Shown here: positions 19,811-29,460 of the stretch, piece by piece
Numbering within the stretch: position 1 is the first letter of the stretch
How the letters are laid out: the number at the start of each line of letters is the position of its first letter
Assembly: GCA_965221905.1 (NCBI GenBank)
Contig: OZ244922.1
Location: forward strand, 2,336,001-2,400,000
Direction of reading: 5' to 3'
DNA length: 64,000 nt
DNA from: Chloroflexota bacterium
GTDB lineage: Bacteria > Chloroflexota > UBA11872 > VXOZ01
Notes under the pieces: model-generated
Databases searched by the model: none
The model's input: only the letters and a program-made list of their open reading frames with translations
Told to the model about the DNA's origin: nothing
Made by a program: the position numbers and the translations under genes

Positions 19811-22054
19811 CTATCGTTCGACTGCTCTGAGTCGGGAGACCGTGCGCTGCATTTCAACCAATTTATAGTATATCCCGCGCTTGGCCAAAAGCTCTTCGTG
19901 AGTCCCAATTTCCGCAACGGTGCCTTCATCCATCACCACCAACCGATCGGCATTGCGGAGGGTGGAAAGCCGATGGGCGATGGCAAACGTTGTACGTCCC
20001 TTGATCAAGCGAGCGATGGCTTGCTGAATTGCAAACTCCGTCTCTGTGTCCACCGATGCCGTGGCTTCATCGAGAATGAGGATGCGCGGGTCCTTCAACA
20101 CCGCCCGCGCAATGGAAACACGTTGCTTTTCTCCAACCGACAGACGATTGCCGCGCTCGCCTACGAGTGTATCGTATCCCTCCGGCTTGGCCACGATGAA
20201 GTTATGGGCATTGGCCGCCCGGGCGGCGGCAATCACTTCCGGCAGGTTCGCAGATGGCTTCGAGTAGCGGATGTTCTCAAGTATGGTGCCGCTGAATAGG
20301 AATGGTTCCTGCAGCACCACGCCGATTTGTTCGCGCAGGCATGTCAACTCGATGTCGCGAATGTCGTGGCCGTCGATAAGCACCTCCCCGTGATCCACCT
20401 CGTAGAAGCGACACACCAGCTGCGCCGTAGTGCTCTTGCCGGCGCCAGACTTGCCTACCAACCCGATCATTTCGCCGGGCTGAACGTGCAGGTCTACTTT
20501 CTTGAGCACGGGCTTCGTCTTGTCGTAGCCAAACGTAACCTCACGAAACTCCACCTCACCCCGCAGCGGTCGGGGAGTCAGCTTGCCCGGCTGGTCATAG
20601 GGCTCGGTCGGCGTGTCCATGACGTCAAAGATGCGGTCGGCCCCCACCAACGCCCGCGACATCCAGTTATAAATCCGATTAAACCACTGTAAAGGACCGT
20701 AAAGCATCCAGAGATAGTGAGTGAAAGCATAGAGACTTCCAAAGGTGAGGTCACCACCTATCACCGCGCGGCCACCAAAATACCAAGCGATGAATACCCC
20801 TGCGCCAGTGACAAAGTTCAGAATTGCAAAAGAGCTATCCCAAAACCGCGCCTCGTGAACTGTCGCCCTAGCAACCGCTTCGTTGCGGCGGTCGAAGCGG
20901 CTAATCTCCGCCTCTTCCTGCGCAAAGGCCTTCGCCACGCGAATTCCCAGGAGCGATTCGTTCAGTTGGCCGTGCAAGAGCGCCCAATTCTGCGAAACCC
21001 GCGACCAGAGCAAACGCATGCGCTTTACCAGCGCTGTACCTCCCAGCACGACAAAAGGCACGGGCAATAGGACAAATAGCGTAACCTGCCAACTCATTAA
21101 CAGGAGGATGACGAGTACCCCAAGCAGCGTAGCACTATGGACAACCAGATATGGCGCGCCGTCAATGAGAAAGTAGTTCAAACTCTCCGTGTCCCGCGTG
21201 ACAAGAGATAGTAGGTTGCCCTGTCCTTTGCGGTTGTGGAAGGTCAGCGACATTCGTTCCAGGACCTGGTAAAGCTGTGCGCGCATATTTGCAATCACGC
21301 GTGTACTCAGCCACGCACCAATCCAACTACCGGCGACCTCAAGGCCGCCGGTCCCAAGATTTACGGCCACAAGCGCTGCCACGAGCCAGGCGAGCATGGC
21401 TAAACTCTCTGTGGGTGCCCGTACACCGGACTCCAGTACATTGGGCGCCAGTACATCGTCGATCAGGGTTCTCGAAATTAGGGGCGGCGTCAAATTAAGC
21501 AGAGCGCGTCCCAAGGTCGTCAGAACGAGCACCGCCGCCAGGGGCTTATACGGCGCAAGATAACTGGCAATGCGAAGCATCACCGCCATCTTACGCACGC
21601 AACGGGGACAGTTGCGTTCCCTATCCGGCAAGAGTGACTGGCACTTCTGACAGCGCGCGCGGGGGATGTCTGTCGTTACGGCAAACGGCTCGTCCTTGGC
21701 AAGCTGCTGGATGCCGCGGGCAATCTCGGTGAACTTGGCGCCGAGGGAGCTTGAGTACTCGATGATAGGAGTAAAATGGCCCTTCCAATTGACCTCCAGG
21801 CGGCCGCCACCCACGAGCGGTTCCGCCCGGGCATCGGAGATCTCGGAGAGGTCCATGCTAACCGCGCCGTCGACGCCCGGCGCCAAGTGGGGCAACACAA
21901 TGACCCGCTTATCGGTCAACAGCATCCAGCGCACGCCAAACCGACCGTCATGCCGAATGTCCGACATGGCGACCAGCAGCGTCTCCTCGCCGGGCGACTT
22001 TAGCTCAAGCCATTGCGCTTCAATTTCAGGAGGAAGCGTGTCGAATACGACCAT
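19811..22054 (-). CDS. ABC exporter (fused permease/ATPase) with N-terminal extension and Zn ribbon
   Basis: GKSGAGKST Walker A, LSVGEKQR signature, ILILDEAT Walker B, TM helices, CQKC..CPRC. Confidence 0.95.
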   Translation of the reverse strand: MVVFDTLPPEIEAQWLELKSPGEETLLVAMSDIRHDGRFGVRWMLLTDKRVIVLPHLAPGVDGAVSMDLSEISDARAEPLVGGGRLEVNWKGHFTPIIEYSSSLGAKFTEIARGIQQLAKDEPFAVTTDIPRARCQKCQSLLPDRERNCPRCVRKMAVMLRIASYLAPYKPLAAVLVLTTLGRALLNLTPPLISRTLIDDVLAPNVLESGVRAPTESLAMLAWLVAALVAVNLGTGGLEVAGSWIGAWLSTRVIANMRAQLYQVLERMSLTFHNRKGQGNLLSLVTRDTESLNYFLIDGAPYLVVHSATLLGVLVILLLMSWQVTLFVLLPVPFVVLGGTALVKRMRLLWSRVSQNWALLHGQLNESLLGIRVAKAFAQEEAEISRFDRRNEAVARATVHEARFWDSSFAILNFVTGAGVFIAWYFGGRAVIGGDLTFGSLYAFTHYLWMLYGPLQWFNRIYNWMSRALVGADRIFDVMDTPTEPYDQPGKLTPRPLRGEVEFREVTFGYDKTKPVLKKVDLHVQPGEMIGLVGKSGAGKSTTAQLVCRFYEVDHGEVLIDGHDIRDIELTCLREQIGVVLQEPFLFSGTILENIRYSKPSANLPEVIAAARAANAHNFIVAKPEGYDTLVGERGNRLSVGEKQRVSIARAVLKDPRILILDEATASVDTETEFAIQQAIARLIKGRTTFAIAHRLSTLRNADRLVVMDEGTVAEIGTHEELLAKRGIYYKLVEMQRTVSRLRAVER

Positions 22055-22261
22055 TAATGATAGCTCAATTTGCTATGTGCGGACGGCTCTCGAAAGCAAC
22101 ACCTGATAGCTAGCCGGCGACGAGAGACATATGCGCTCGGCTTAGTCTACCCTATAGAGGAGTCTTGTAAAACCATGTCTCGTGCCGGAGTCGCCCGTTC
22201 CATCCGACAGTCCAGGGGTCAGCCGAATCCCTCTCCGGCGTCTCACGACGGCCTGCGAAAA

Positions 22262-23305
22262 CTATTGATACTTGCGTATGTTCGCGTTATGCTCCTCAAA
22301 TGTGCGACTAAAGACATGGGACCCGTCACCCGTGGCCACGAAGAAGTAGAAGTCAGACTGTGCGGGAGCCGCTACCGCCTGCAGAGAAGCTAAGCCGGGA
22401 TTGCAAATCGGTCCGGGCGGCAGACCCAGGTTCACGTAGGTATTATATGGCGAGGCGACCTTAAGGTCGTCGAAGGTCAAGGCCTTCTTCCACCAGCGTC
22501 CCTCGGATTCTTGGTAGCCCAAGGCGTATTGGACGGTCGGGTCGGCGCCCAGGTGCATGTTTACATTGAGACGATTGTAGAAGACACTTGCAATCAGGGG
22601 GCGTTCCGCCGGAACTTGGGCTTCTCGCTCAACAATTGCTGCCAGGGTTACTGCTTGGTGAATGTTCAGCCCATTTACCTGGAAGCCATCGCTCACGCCG
22701 CCGCCAATCTTGCGTGAGAACTGGTCCAAGAGATCTTCTATGAAGTCGATGGTAGTAGTCTCCCTCTCAATGCGATACGTATCGGGAAAGAGGTAGCCTT
22801 CCAACGAGGCGGTATCCGGCCGCTCTGTCAAGAATTCGCGCTCAAACCCCGCGCCCGCAGTCAAGGTCAGGAACTCGCTCGCGCTCAGGGCGTTTTGCGT
22901 TTCGAGGTAGGCTGCGATCTCTTCCCTCCGCCAGCCCTCGATGAGGGTAAGGACTCTATCCTGTACCTCGGCCTTTTGCAACGCCTCGATTGCCTCGTCT
23001 ACGCTCATATTCTTACGTAGAATATGCTGCCCGGCCTGGAATGATCCATCCAAGCCACTCTGACGTGCACGCAGCCGGAATGCGAGAGCACTACGAATGA
23101 CACCGGCTTCCCGCAACTGGTCCGCAATCTGATCCGTGGTACTCCCCGGCGGTATGGTGAGCACCACTTCGCTATCGTCCTCTTCAGCACTGCCCAAAAG
23201 GCTGTCAGCCACGCGCTCACCGATATCGCAGCTAGCAGCTATGGGAGAGAGCGCGGTGATTGCAAGCAAATGTATGAGCGCACGCCGCGAACGGTGGTTT
23301 CTCAT
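22262..23305 (-). CDS. mltG: Endolytic transglycosylase MltG
   Basis: LTLIEGWR, LEGYLFPDTY, LAAIVEREA, LGADPTVQY, SPYNTY..GLPPGPICNPG; start ATG 23305 with a possible lipobox IAASC. Confidence 0.96.
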   Translation of the reverse strand: MRNHRSRRALIHLLAITALSPIAASCDIGERVADSLLGSAEEDDSEVVLTIPPGSTTDQIADQLREAGVIRSALAFRLRARQSGLDGSFQAGQHILRKNMSVDEAIEALQKAEVQDRVLTLIEGWRREEIAAYLETQNALSASEFLTLTAGAGFEREFLTERPDTASLEGYLFPDTYRIERETTTIDFIEDLLDQFSRKIGGGVSDGFQVNGLNIHQAVTLAAIVEREAQVPAERPLIASVFYNRLNVNMHLGADPTVQYALGYQESEGRWWKKALTFDDLKVASPYNTYVNLGLPPGPICNPGLASLQAVAAPAQSDFYFFVATGDGSHVFSRTFEEHNANIRKYQ

Positions 23306-23309
23306 TGAT

Positions 23310-23771
23310 TTATGGTTCAATTCTCTTACTGCCACCGGAAGAGGCGGAATAGCGTGCCTCACTGAGGCTGGCAAAGTACGACTCCAGGATGACCGCGGCT
23401 GCGGCGGCATCCAGCGATGTCTTGCGCCGCCCGCCTGTCGGGCTCTGCTGCAGGCGCTCTTCTGCAATTACTGTCGAAAACCGCTCATCCCAGAATACCA
23501 CCGCCATCCCGAGCGCATTTCCTAGCCGTTCGCCCTCTTCTTTTATGCGCTCCCCTTGCTGGTGGAGCAGTCCATCGAGGCTAATAGGTAAGCCAACAAT
23601 GAGCCTCTCCGCCTGTTGCGCTACTAACAGCCGCTTCAATTCAGCACAATCCTGTTCCCATGTACGCCGCTGTATCGTCTTTAGCGGCGTTGCAATGCCA
23701 ATGCCAGAATCCCCGGTGGCAACACCAATACGCCGCTCACCGATGTCGAGACAGAGAATTCGCATCGTCAT
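23310..23771 (-). CDS. ruvX: Holliday junction resolvase RuvX/YqgF (pre-16S rRNA nuclease)
   Basis: LCLDIGERRIGVA, VGLP, WDERFST, DAAAAAVIL. Confidence 0.96.
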   Translation of the reverse strand: MTMRILCLDIGERRIGVATGDSGIGIATPLKTIQRRTWEQDCAELKRLLVAQQAERLIVGLPISLDGLLHQQGERIKEEGERLGNALGMAVVFWDERFSTVIAEERLQQSPTGGRRKTSLDAAAAAVILESYFASLSEARYSASSGGSKRIEP

Positions 23772-23783
23772 CTCACGAGAACA

Positions 23784-25469
23784 CTATGCAGCGAGGATAA
23801 GCGGTTCCGTGATCTCGATGGAGATTCGGAACCACAACCGCGGCATTCGGTCGTACCAATCGGGCCCCATCTCCACCACAAACTCCCCAACGCCCATCAG
23901 AGTGTTTAAGTAGGCTTCTGCCTCTTCGCGCGTGGTGTTTGCTAGCTTGCGCCGAACTTCGCCAAGGTCCCAAGTCGAGACCAAGTCCCCCTGCGCCTGA
24001 AGCGTAAGCTGCACGACTCCCTCAGAAATACCCTTAACCTCTGGGGCGCCCAAGATCAACGTATCGCGCAGCAACGTATACGAACCAAGTTGGTTTTCCA
24101 CGATTCGCTCAATAATGAGCGGGGCTACTTCTGCAAGATGCTCGCTGGAGAATACAGTGCCGCGCAGTTTCACCTTCATCCGCAACGTGACTTCGTCGCC
24201 TTCTTGCCCCACTTCTTTGTCGTACTCAGCCTGCTCCACAATAACGTCGGTATCCCACGGCACAAAGATGTCATTCGACACATCGATCCTGTCCCTGAGG
24301 CTAGCCATAACCTGGTGCAGGAGTTCTTGACGGAGGTTTTCGAATAACTTCAGTCGATCTTCTTCCGTAACAAAGCGGGTGGCGCGCAGCCCACCACCCT
24401 GTATCGGTGAGGTGTTTTCTACTATCAGACGTTGGTTGAGTGCCTGGTCCTCCATATGCGTTATTGCGCCGGCTTCAACGTTGCCAATTGGCCCAACTTC
24501 CTCCGCAACGACCGCCACCCGCCGCGCACCGAAGCTGTCGCTGGTAGCGGAGGTGCGCGGTACGGTAACTTGCGCCGAAGTCACAAAACGTCGGTAGTCT
24601 CTCGTTAAGATCACAGTGCCTTGCGGCACGTTAACCGGCTGAGAAATTTGGTTGCGCAGGATCACTGAGCCTTCGGCCTTACCAATCGGCTCATCTCTTG
24701 TGCCTGTAGCGGCGACAGTCAACTCGTCCGTCTCTTCGATGACGACCAGTTGCGCCGGTATCGTGCCCGCAGCCGCATTAAGACCCCTGACCTGGGGGTC
24801 CGCCATCAATTGCAATTCAGTGCTGTATTGCTGTTGCACGGGCGTGAGCTGAATCCTGGCGCTCGGCACTATCAGGTATACACCTCCCCAAGCAAGGAAG
24901 AGTACCACGACAATGAGCGTGGCTAGAGCAAGTACTTTGGAAAGCGACTGATCGATAGGCCGCGACGTGCGCGACCGCCCTAGCAACGACTTTCTGCCCG
25001 TATCTCTGGTGGAAAGGGTAGCGAGCGGCGGAGGGTTCTCTTCTCCACGGTCCAATCTATTGCCGCGAGAGGTCCCTTTAGCCACAGGCTTCTTTGGCTT
25101 GCCCGCCACTCTTGAATCTTCTTGCCCGGCGAGTATTCTAGCAGAAGCGACGGAGTCAAGTTCCTCTGCGCTCACTTGAGAGTGCTCCGAAGGATGAAGA
25201 GCAGCCAGTGAGCTTACTACATTAATCCCTAGGCCACTGGCAGTCGCGCGCACGGCCCTAGTGCCACAGACCAGAGTGAGGTCAAGCGCCAAGTCTACCG
25301 CTTGGCGCTGCAAGAATGCCAGGTTTTCACTGCTGTGCAGTGCCGGGCAGTTGTTCGCCACGAGCACGATAGAGGAGCCGCGCCTGCCTTGGAGCTTTAG
25401 GAGAATCCCCGCGATCTCATCACCGTGGCTGGCATAGACGATCCGGCTACTTGAGAAGGAGCTTGCCAT
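23784..25469 (-). CDS. Membrane-anchored baseplate J/gp47-like domain protein
   Basis: N-terminal cytoplasmic domain, one TM helix, then A.G.V...N...V.VP.GT and V.A...G..GNV.AG.I...N.....GG pattern. Confidence 0.75.
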   Translation of the reverse strand: MASSFSSSRIVYASHGDEIAGILLKLQGRRGSSIVLVANNCPALHSSENLAFLQRQAVDLALDLTLVCGTRAVRATASGLGINVVSSLAALHPSEHSQVSAEELDSVASARILAGQEDSRVAGKPKKPVAKGTSRGNRLDRGEENPPPLATLSTRDTGRKSLLGRSRTSRPIDQSLSKVLALATLIVVVLFLAWGGVYLIVPSARIQLTPVQQQYSTELQLMADPQVRGLNAAAGTIPAQLVVIEETDELTVAATGTRDEPIGKAEGSVILRNQISQPVNVPQGTVILTRDYRRFVTSAQVTVPRTSATSDSFGARRVAVVAEEVGPIGNVEAGAITHMEDQALNQRLIVENTSPIQGGGLRATRFVTEEDRLKLFENLRQELLHQVMASLRDRIDVSNDIFVPWDTDVIVEQAEYDKEVGQEGDEVTLRMKVKLRGTVFSSEHLAEVAPLIIERIVENQLGSYTLLRDTLILGAPEVKGISEGVVQLTLQAQGDLVSTWDLGEVRRKLANTTREEAEAYLNTLMGVGEFVVEMGPDWYDRMPRLWFRISIEITEPLILAA

Positions 25470-25651
25470 TGACAATAGAGGGAACTGATGAATGGAAGAG
25501 GGCGGCCAAACAAAGGGACATACCCGCTTGGCACACACCTATACTATACCTGAATTAGATGCATGAGTGGAATGTAGGGAAGTCTTCAAAATTAAATTAG
25601 TTTCAAGACGCCCCTTGGCACAACGCCTAGCGCCAATGAGGATGATTACCC

Positions 25652-25680
25652 TTGACAGTGTGGCTGCGTGTCACTATAAT
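25652..25680 (+). promoter_or_regulatory. Consensus sigma70 promoter for SBP copy 1
   Basis: TTGACA-17 bp-TATAAT, an exact consensus match. Confidence 0.85.
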
Positions 25681-25738
25681 CCACCACGGTAAAAGCATTG
25701 GGTGAATCGGGGCATCGCCCCGGACGAAGGAGAATTTA

Positions 25739-27148
25739 ATGGATTTATTGCGTACACCCAGAGGAATTAGCAGGCGAAGCTTGCTTGCCGGTGTTGGGCT
25801 TGGCACGGCTGGTGCCTTGCTCGCGGCGGCCTGCGGCGGCGCGGCTGCCCCGGCAATGGAAGAAGGGGCCAAGGCCGAAGAGGCTCCCAAGGCCGAAGAA
25901 GAGATGAAGGTGGCCGAAGAGGCCCCGCCGGTGCAGTTCCTGCATTGGTGGATTCCTCGCATCGACCCGGGCGGACTAGTACCTTGGGCCTTGGAAGAGT
26001 TCACGAACCGCACCGGCATCCCGGTGGAGGACGTGGGCAGGGATCCCATCGAGCCCCTGCGCCAGCACTTCCGCACCACCATCGCGGCCGGTACGCCGGT
26101 AGACGTGGCCTTCAACTCCATCATCTGGGCCCGCGACCATTGGGATTTGGGCATCTTGATGGATTACACGCCGTACCTGACGCAGTACCCAGAACTGCAG
26201 GAAGATAAGTTCTTCGAGGCTTCACACCAGTTCCGCAAGGCTGAAGGAGCGACGTTCGGTATTCCGGTGATGGGTCCGGAGTCGACTTCGATCGTGGTCA
26301 ACGGCCAGTTGCTCTTAGACGCCGGTCTTGACGAGAATGGTGGGGACATCAATAACTGGAGTGACTTGGTTGGTGCGGCTCGCGCTATGACCAAAAAGGA
26401 AGGCAACCAAGTCACCGTCTCCGGTTTCTTGCTGCCTAACGGTGTCGGCGGCTTGGCGCGCTGGGCGGGGTGGGTGCTCACGACGGGCGCCGGCGCCTAT
26501 GACGCGGAGCAATTCACGGCGCAGTACAACACCGAGCAAGCGCGGGATACGCTGCAGTTCCTCTTCGATCTCTGGAATAAAGAGGAAATCAGCGCCAAGG
26601 ACCCTGAAGGCGGCGCCGTGCCCGACCAATACAAGTTGCTCCAAGCCAATCAAGCCGGCATGCACCACGATATTAGCTCGACCCCAACGCTGCGGTACTT
26701 TGAAGTGCCCCGCGATTTTAAGTATTGGCAGATCGGATTCCCGGCCTCCGGCGGCCCTGACGGCCAGTTTGCCACGGCCTCCTGGATGAATCCAGTCGTC
26801 ACGCCGCTTGGCGCGGGCAACCCGGACGGCGCGGTTGAGTTCATCAACTGGTTCTGCGGACTTGAGGTAGCCTTGCATAAGATCGAGGTCAATAAGGCCG
26901 TCTCCCCGCGCCTCGATCTCTTTGCCCATGAAGCGTGGACCGCTGGCGTTGCGGACCTTCCCGTGCTCCAGACGCGCGAAGATCTCGCTAATCTGCCGGG
27001 CGTCTACCCGTTCCGCCGCTTCCTAAAGCAGAACGCCGAAATTCGACCGATGCTTGACGATGCGGTCATGGGCAAGATCGAAATCGCCACCGCGCTGGCT
27101 CAAGCCGATGAGCGGGCCAACCAGATCCTCAATGAGGATGCAGAGTAA
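25739..27148 (+). CDS. ABC transporter extracellular solute-binding lipoprotein (sugar-type family 1), copy 1
   Basis: Tat motif SRRSLL, lipobox LAAAC, Ala/Glu linker, IAAGTPVD and FGIPV family-1 motifs. Confidence 0.9.
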   Translation: MDLLRTPRGISRRSLLAGVGLGTAGALLAAACGGAAAPAMEEGAKAEEAPKAEEEMKVAEEAPPVQFLHWWIPRIDPGGLVPWALEEFTNRTGIPVEDVGRDPIEPLRQHFRTTIAAGTPVDVAFNSIIWARDHWDLGILMDYTPYLTQYPELQEDKFFEASHQFRKAEGATFGIPVMGPESTSIVVNGQLLLDAGLDENGGDINNWSDLVGAARAMTKKEGNQVTVSGFLLPNGVGGLARWAGWVLTTGAGAYDAEQFTAQYNTEQARDTLQFLFDLWNKEEISAKDPEGGAVPDQYKLLQANQAGMHHDISSTPTLRYFEVPRDFKYWQIGFPASGGPDGQFATASWMNPVVTPLGAGNPDGAVEFINWFCGLEVALHKIEVNKAVSPRLDLFAHEAWTAGVADLPVLQTREDLANLPGVYPFRRFLKQNAEIRPMLDDAVMGKIEIATALAQADERANQILNEDAE

Positions 27149-27184
27149 GCACTTCTTACACTGCTTGCACATAGGTGAAGATAG

Positions 27185-27212
27185 AAGGAGGCGCACAATT
27201 GTGCGCCTCCTT
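27185..27212 (+). terminator. Palindromic terminator after SBP copy 1
   Basis: Perfect palindrome AAGGAGGCGCACAATTGTGCGCCTCCTT followed by T-rich sequence. Confidence 0.75.
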
Positions 27213-27348
27213 TCACTTTCTGGTGTGCACGCAACTATTGATGATATTTGATCGGTTCAACCAACGAAACTAAGCACCGTGCCTGAGATCGTATGTATAT
27301 TTTGCGCCAAGAAGCTAAGGATTAGCCCCCGCGCAACGGCCTGTTAGC

Positions 27349-27445
27349 GTGAGCCGGTCGAACCGTTCGTGCTGAGCCTGTCGAAGCATGAACCGCCCTT
27401 CCACAAGCTCGGAACCTGCCCCGTACTCGATACGGGGGCGAACGG
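27349..27445. repeat. Composite REP cluster between the SBP paralogues
   Basis: Forward copy CCGTTCGTGCTGAGCCTGTCGAAGCATGAAC plus an inverted copy interrupted by a second palindrome, CCCCGTACTCGATACGGGG. Confidence 0.8.
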
Positions 27446-27620
27446 AGAATACCGTTTCACTGGCACGACAACATCAACCGCGTCCTTGCCTTTACATGGC
27501 CTAGCGGTCGAAAAATCTGTGCTTTGTCTCCCCAAGCAACGGCGAAGTCCTAGACGGGGACATTCTTAAGCAATCTCAATTGCTTTTCGCCGAATTACAC
27601 GCTTGCCGCGATTACCTCAC

Positions 27621-27649
27621 TTGACAGGACTTTGACACCAAGCTAACGT
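27621..27649 (+). promoter_or_regulatory. Putative sigma70 promoter for SBP copy 2
   Basis: TTGACA-17-TAACGT; a second TTGACA lies at 27632. Confidence 0.5.
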
Positions 27650-27705
27650 CTAAACAGAGTAACTAGAAGCCGTATGAGCTACGGCACCATACAGGGAGGG
27701 TTACC

Positions 27706-29115
27706 ATGGAGTCATTGGATGAACGCAGAGGGCTTAGCAGGCGAAGCCTGCTCGCAGGTATAGGCCTTGGCACCGCTGGTGCACTGCTTGCCGCGGCCTG
27801 CGGCGGCACGGCCGCACCAGCCATGGAAGACGCAGCCGAGGAAGCAGAGGCTCCCAAGGCCGAAGAAGAGATGAAGAAGGCCGAAGAGGCCCCACCAGTC
27901 CAGTTCCTGCACTGGTGGATTCCACGCATTGACCAGAATGGTTTTACGCCCTGGGCCTTGGAGGAGTTCACGGAGCGCACCGGCATTCCGGTGGAGGACG
28001 TGGGCAGGGATCCCATTGAGCCTGTACGCCAGCACTTCCGCACCACAATTGCGGCCGGTACGCCGGTGGACGTGTCCTTCAACTCCATCATCTGGGCCCG
28101 CGACCATTGGGATTTGGGCATCTTGATGGATTACACGCCGTACCTGACGCAGTACCCAGAACTGCAGGAAGATAAGTTCTTCGAGGCTTCACACCAGTTC
28201 CGCCAGGCTGAAGGCGCGACGTTCGGCATTCCCGTGATGGGGCCGGAGTCGACTTCGATCGTCATCAACGGCCAGTTGCTCTTAGACGCCGGTCTTGACG
28301 AAAATGGTGGGGACATCAATAACTGGAGCGACTTGGTTTCTGCCGCCCGTGCCATGACCAAGAAGGAAGGCAACGACGTTTCCGTCTCCGGATTCTTGCT
28401 GGGTGCCGGTGTCGGCGGCTTGTCGCGCTGGGCGGGGTGGGTGCTCACGACGGGCACCGGCGCCTACGACGCGGAGCAGTTCAAGGCGCAGTACAACACC
28501 GAGCAGGCGCGGGACACGATGCAGTTCCTCTTTGACCTCTGGAATAAAGAGGAAATCAGCGCCAAGGACCCTGAAGGCGGCGCCGTGCCCGACCACTACA
28601 AATTGCTGCAAGCCAATCAAGCCGGCATGCACCACGACATTAGCTCGACTCCGACCCTACGCTACTTCACCGTGCCGCGCGACTTCAAGTATTGGCAAAT
28701 CGGTTTCCCGGCCTCTGGTGGTCCGGACGGCCAGTTTGCTACGTCGTCATGGATGAACCCGGTTGTAACGCCGCTCGGCGCCGGCAACCCGGACGGCGCG
28801 GTTGAGTTCATCAACTGGTTCTGCGGGCTTGAGGTAGCAATTGTCAGGCTCGAGCTCATCAAGACGGTCGCGCCACGACATGACTTCTTTGCCGATCCAG
28901 CATGGACCAAGGGTTACACCGACCAGCCGGTGCTCAAAACGATCGAAGACCTTGCCAATTTGCCAGGCGTCTACCCGTACCGCCGCTTCTTGAAGCAGAA
29001 TGCTGAAATTCGACCGATGCTTGACGATGCGGTCATGGGCAAGATCGAAATCGCCACCGCGCTGGCTCAAGCCGACGAGCGGGCCAACCAGATCCTCAAT
29101 GAGGATGCAGAGTAA
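27706..29115 (+). CDS. ABC transporter extracellular solute-binding lipoprotein, copy 2 (tandem paralogue)
   Basis: Same length (469 aa) and largely identical to 25739-27148. Confidence 0.9.
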   Translation: MESLDERRGLSRRSLLAGIGLGTAGALLAAACGGTAAPAMEDAAEEAEAPKAEEEMKKAEEAPPVQFLHWWIPRIDQNGFTPWALEEFTERTGIPVEDVGRDPIEPVRQHFRTTIAAGTPVDVSFNSIIWARDHWDLGILMDYTPYLTQYPELQEDKFFEASHQFRQAEGATFGIPVMGPESTSIVINGQLLLDAGLDENGGDINNWSDLVSAARAMTKKEGNDVSVSGFLLGAGVGGLSRWAGWVLTTGTGAYDAEQFKAQYNTEQARDTMQFLFDLWNKEEISAKDPEGGAVPDHYKLLQANQAGMHHDISSTPTLRYFTVPRDFKYWQIGFPASGGPDGQFATSSWMNPVVTPLGAGNPDGAVEFINWFCGLEVAIVRLELIKTVAPRHDFFADPAWTKGYTDQPVLKTIEDLANLPGVYPYRRFLKQNAEIRPMLDDAVMGKIEIATALAQADERANQILNEDAE

Positions 29116-29150
29116 GCACTTCTTACACTGCTTGCACATAGGTGAAGATA

Positions 29151-29180
29151 GAAGGAGGCGCACAATTGTGCGCCTCCTTC
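29151..29180 (+). terminator. Palindromic terminator after SBP copy 2
   Basis: 30-bp perfect palindrome GAAGGAGGCGCACAATTGTGCGCCTCCTTC; 3' UTR identical to that of copy 1. Confidence 0.7.
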
Positions 29181-29421
29181 GCACTCCCAGTGCGTGGCCG
29201 GGACCAAGTGAGTCATTCCCTTGAACCCCTTGGATCAGAAGGGCCCGCATCACTCGCCATGCCTCTTGGCCGCCGGTCCCGCGCATGGACGTGTGCGAAT
29301 GCGAGACAGGACACAGACGTTCAATTGCCCGCGTTCCAAAAGCACCGAGACAGACCCATCTTGAGTGTAAGCGCGGGCGGCTAACCACAATCAAGAACAA
29401 GGTTTCTCGCGAGACATCCAA

Positions 29422-29460
29422 TATCCGTTCGTCCGGAGCCTGTCGAAGGATGAACGGATA
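29422..29460. repeat. Solitary REP copy
   Basis: TATCCGTTCGTCC-GGAGCCTGTCGA-AGGATGAACGGATA hairpin of the same family as the array. Confidence 0.85.

Noticed and set aside
22180-22248. Imperfect long hairpin (GCCGGAG/CTCCGGC) downstream of mltG as a possible ncRNA
   Set aside because: No recognisable 6S, SRP or riboswitch motif; most simply a terminator or stability hairpin.
23784-25469. Prophage or contractile injection system
   Set aside because: Isolated baseplate-like domain with a TM anchor and no other phage genes.
29401-29416. parS-like sequence GGTTTCTCGCGAGACA (translates VSRET on both strands)
   Set aside because: Four mismatches to TGTTTCACGTGAAACA, including the core, and only a single copy.
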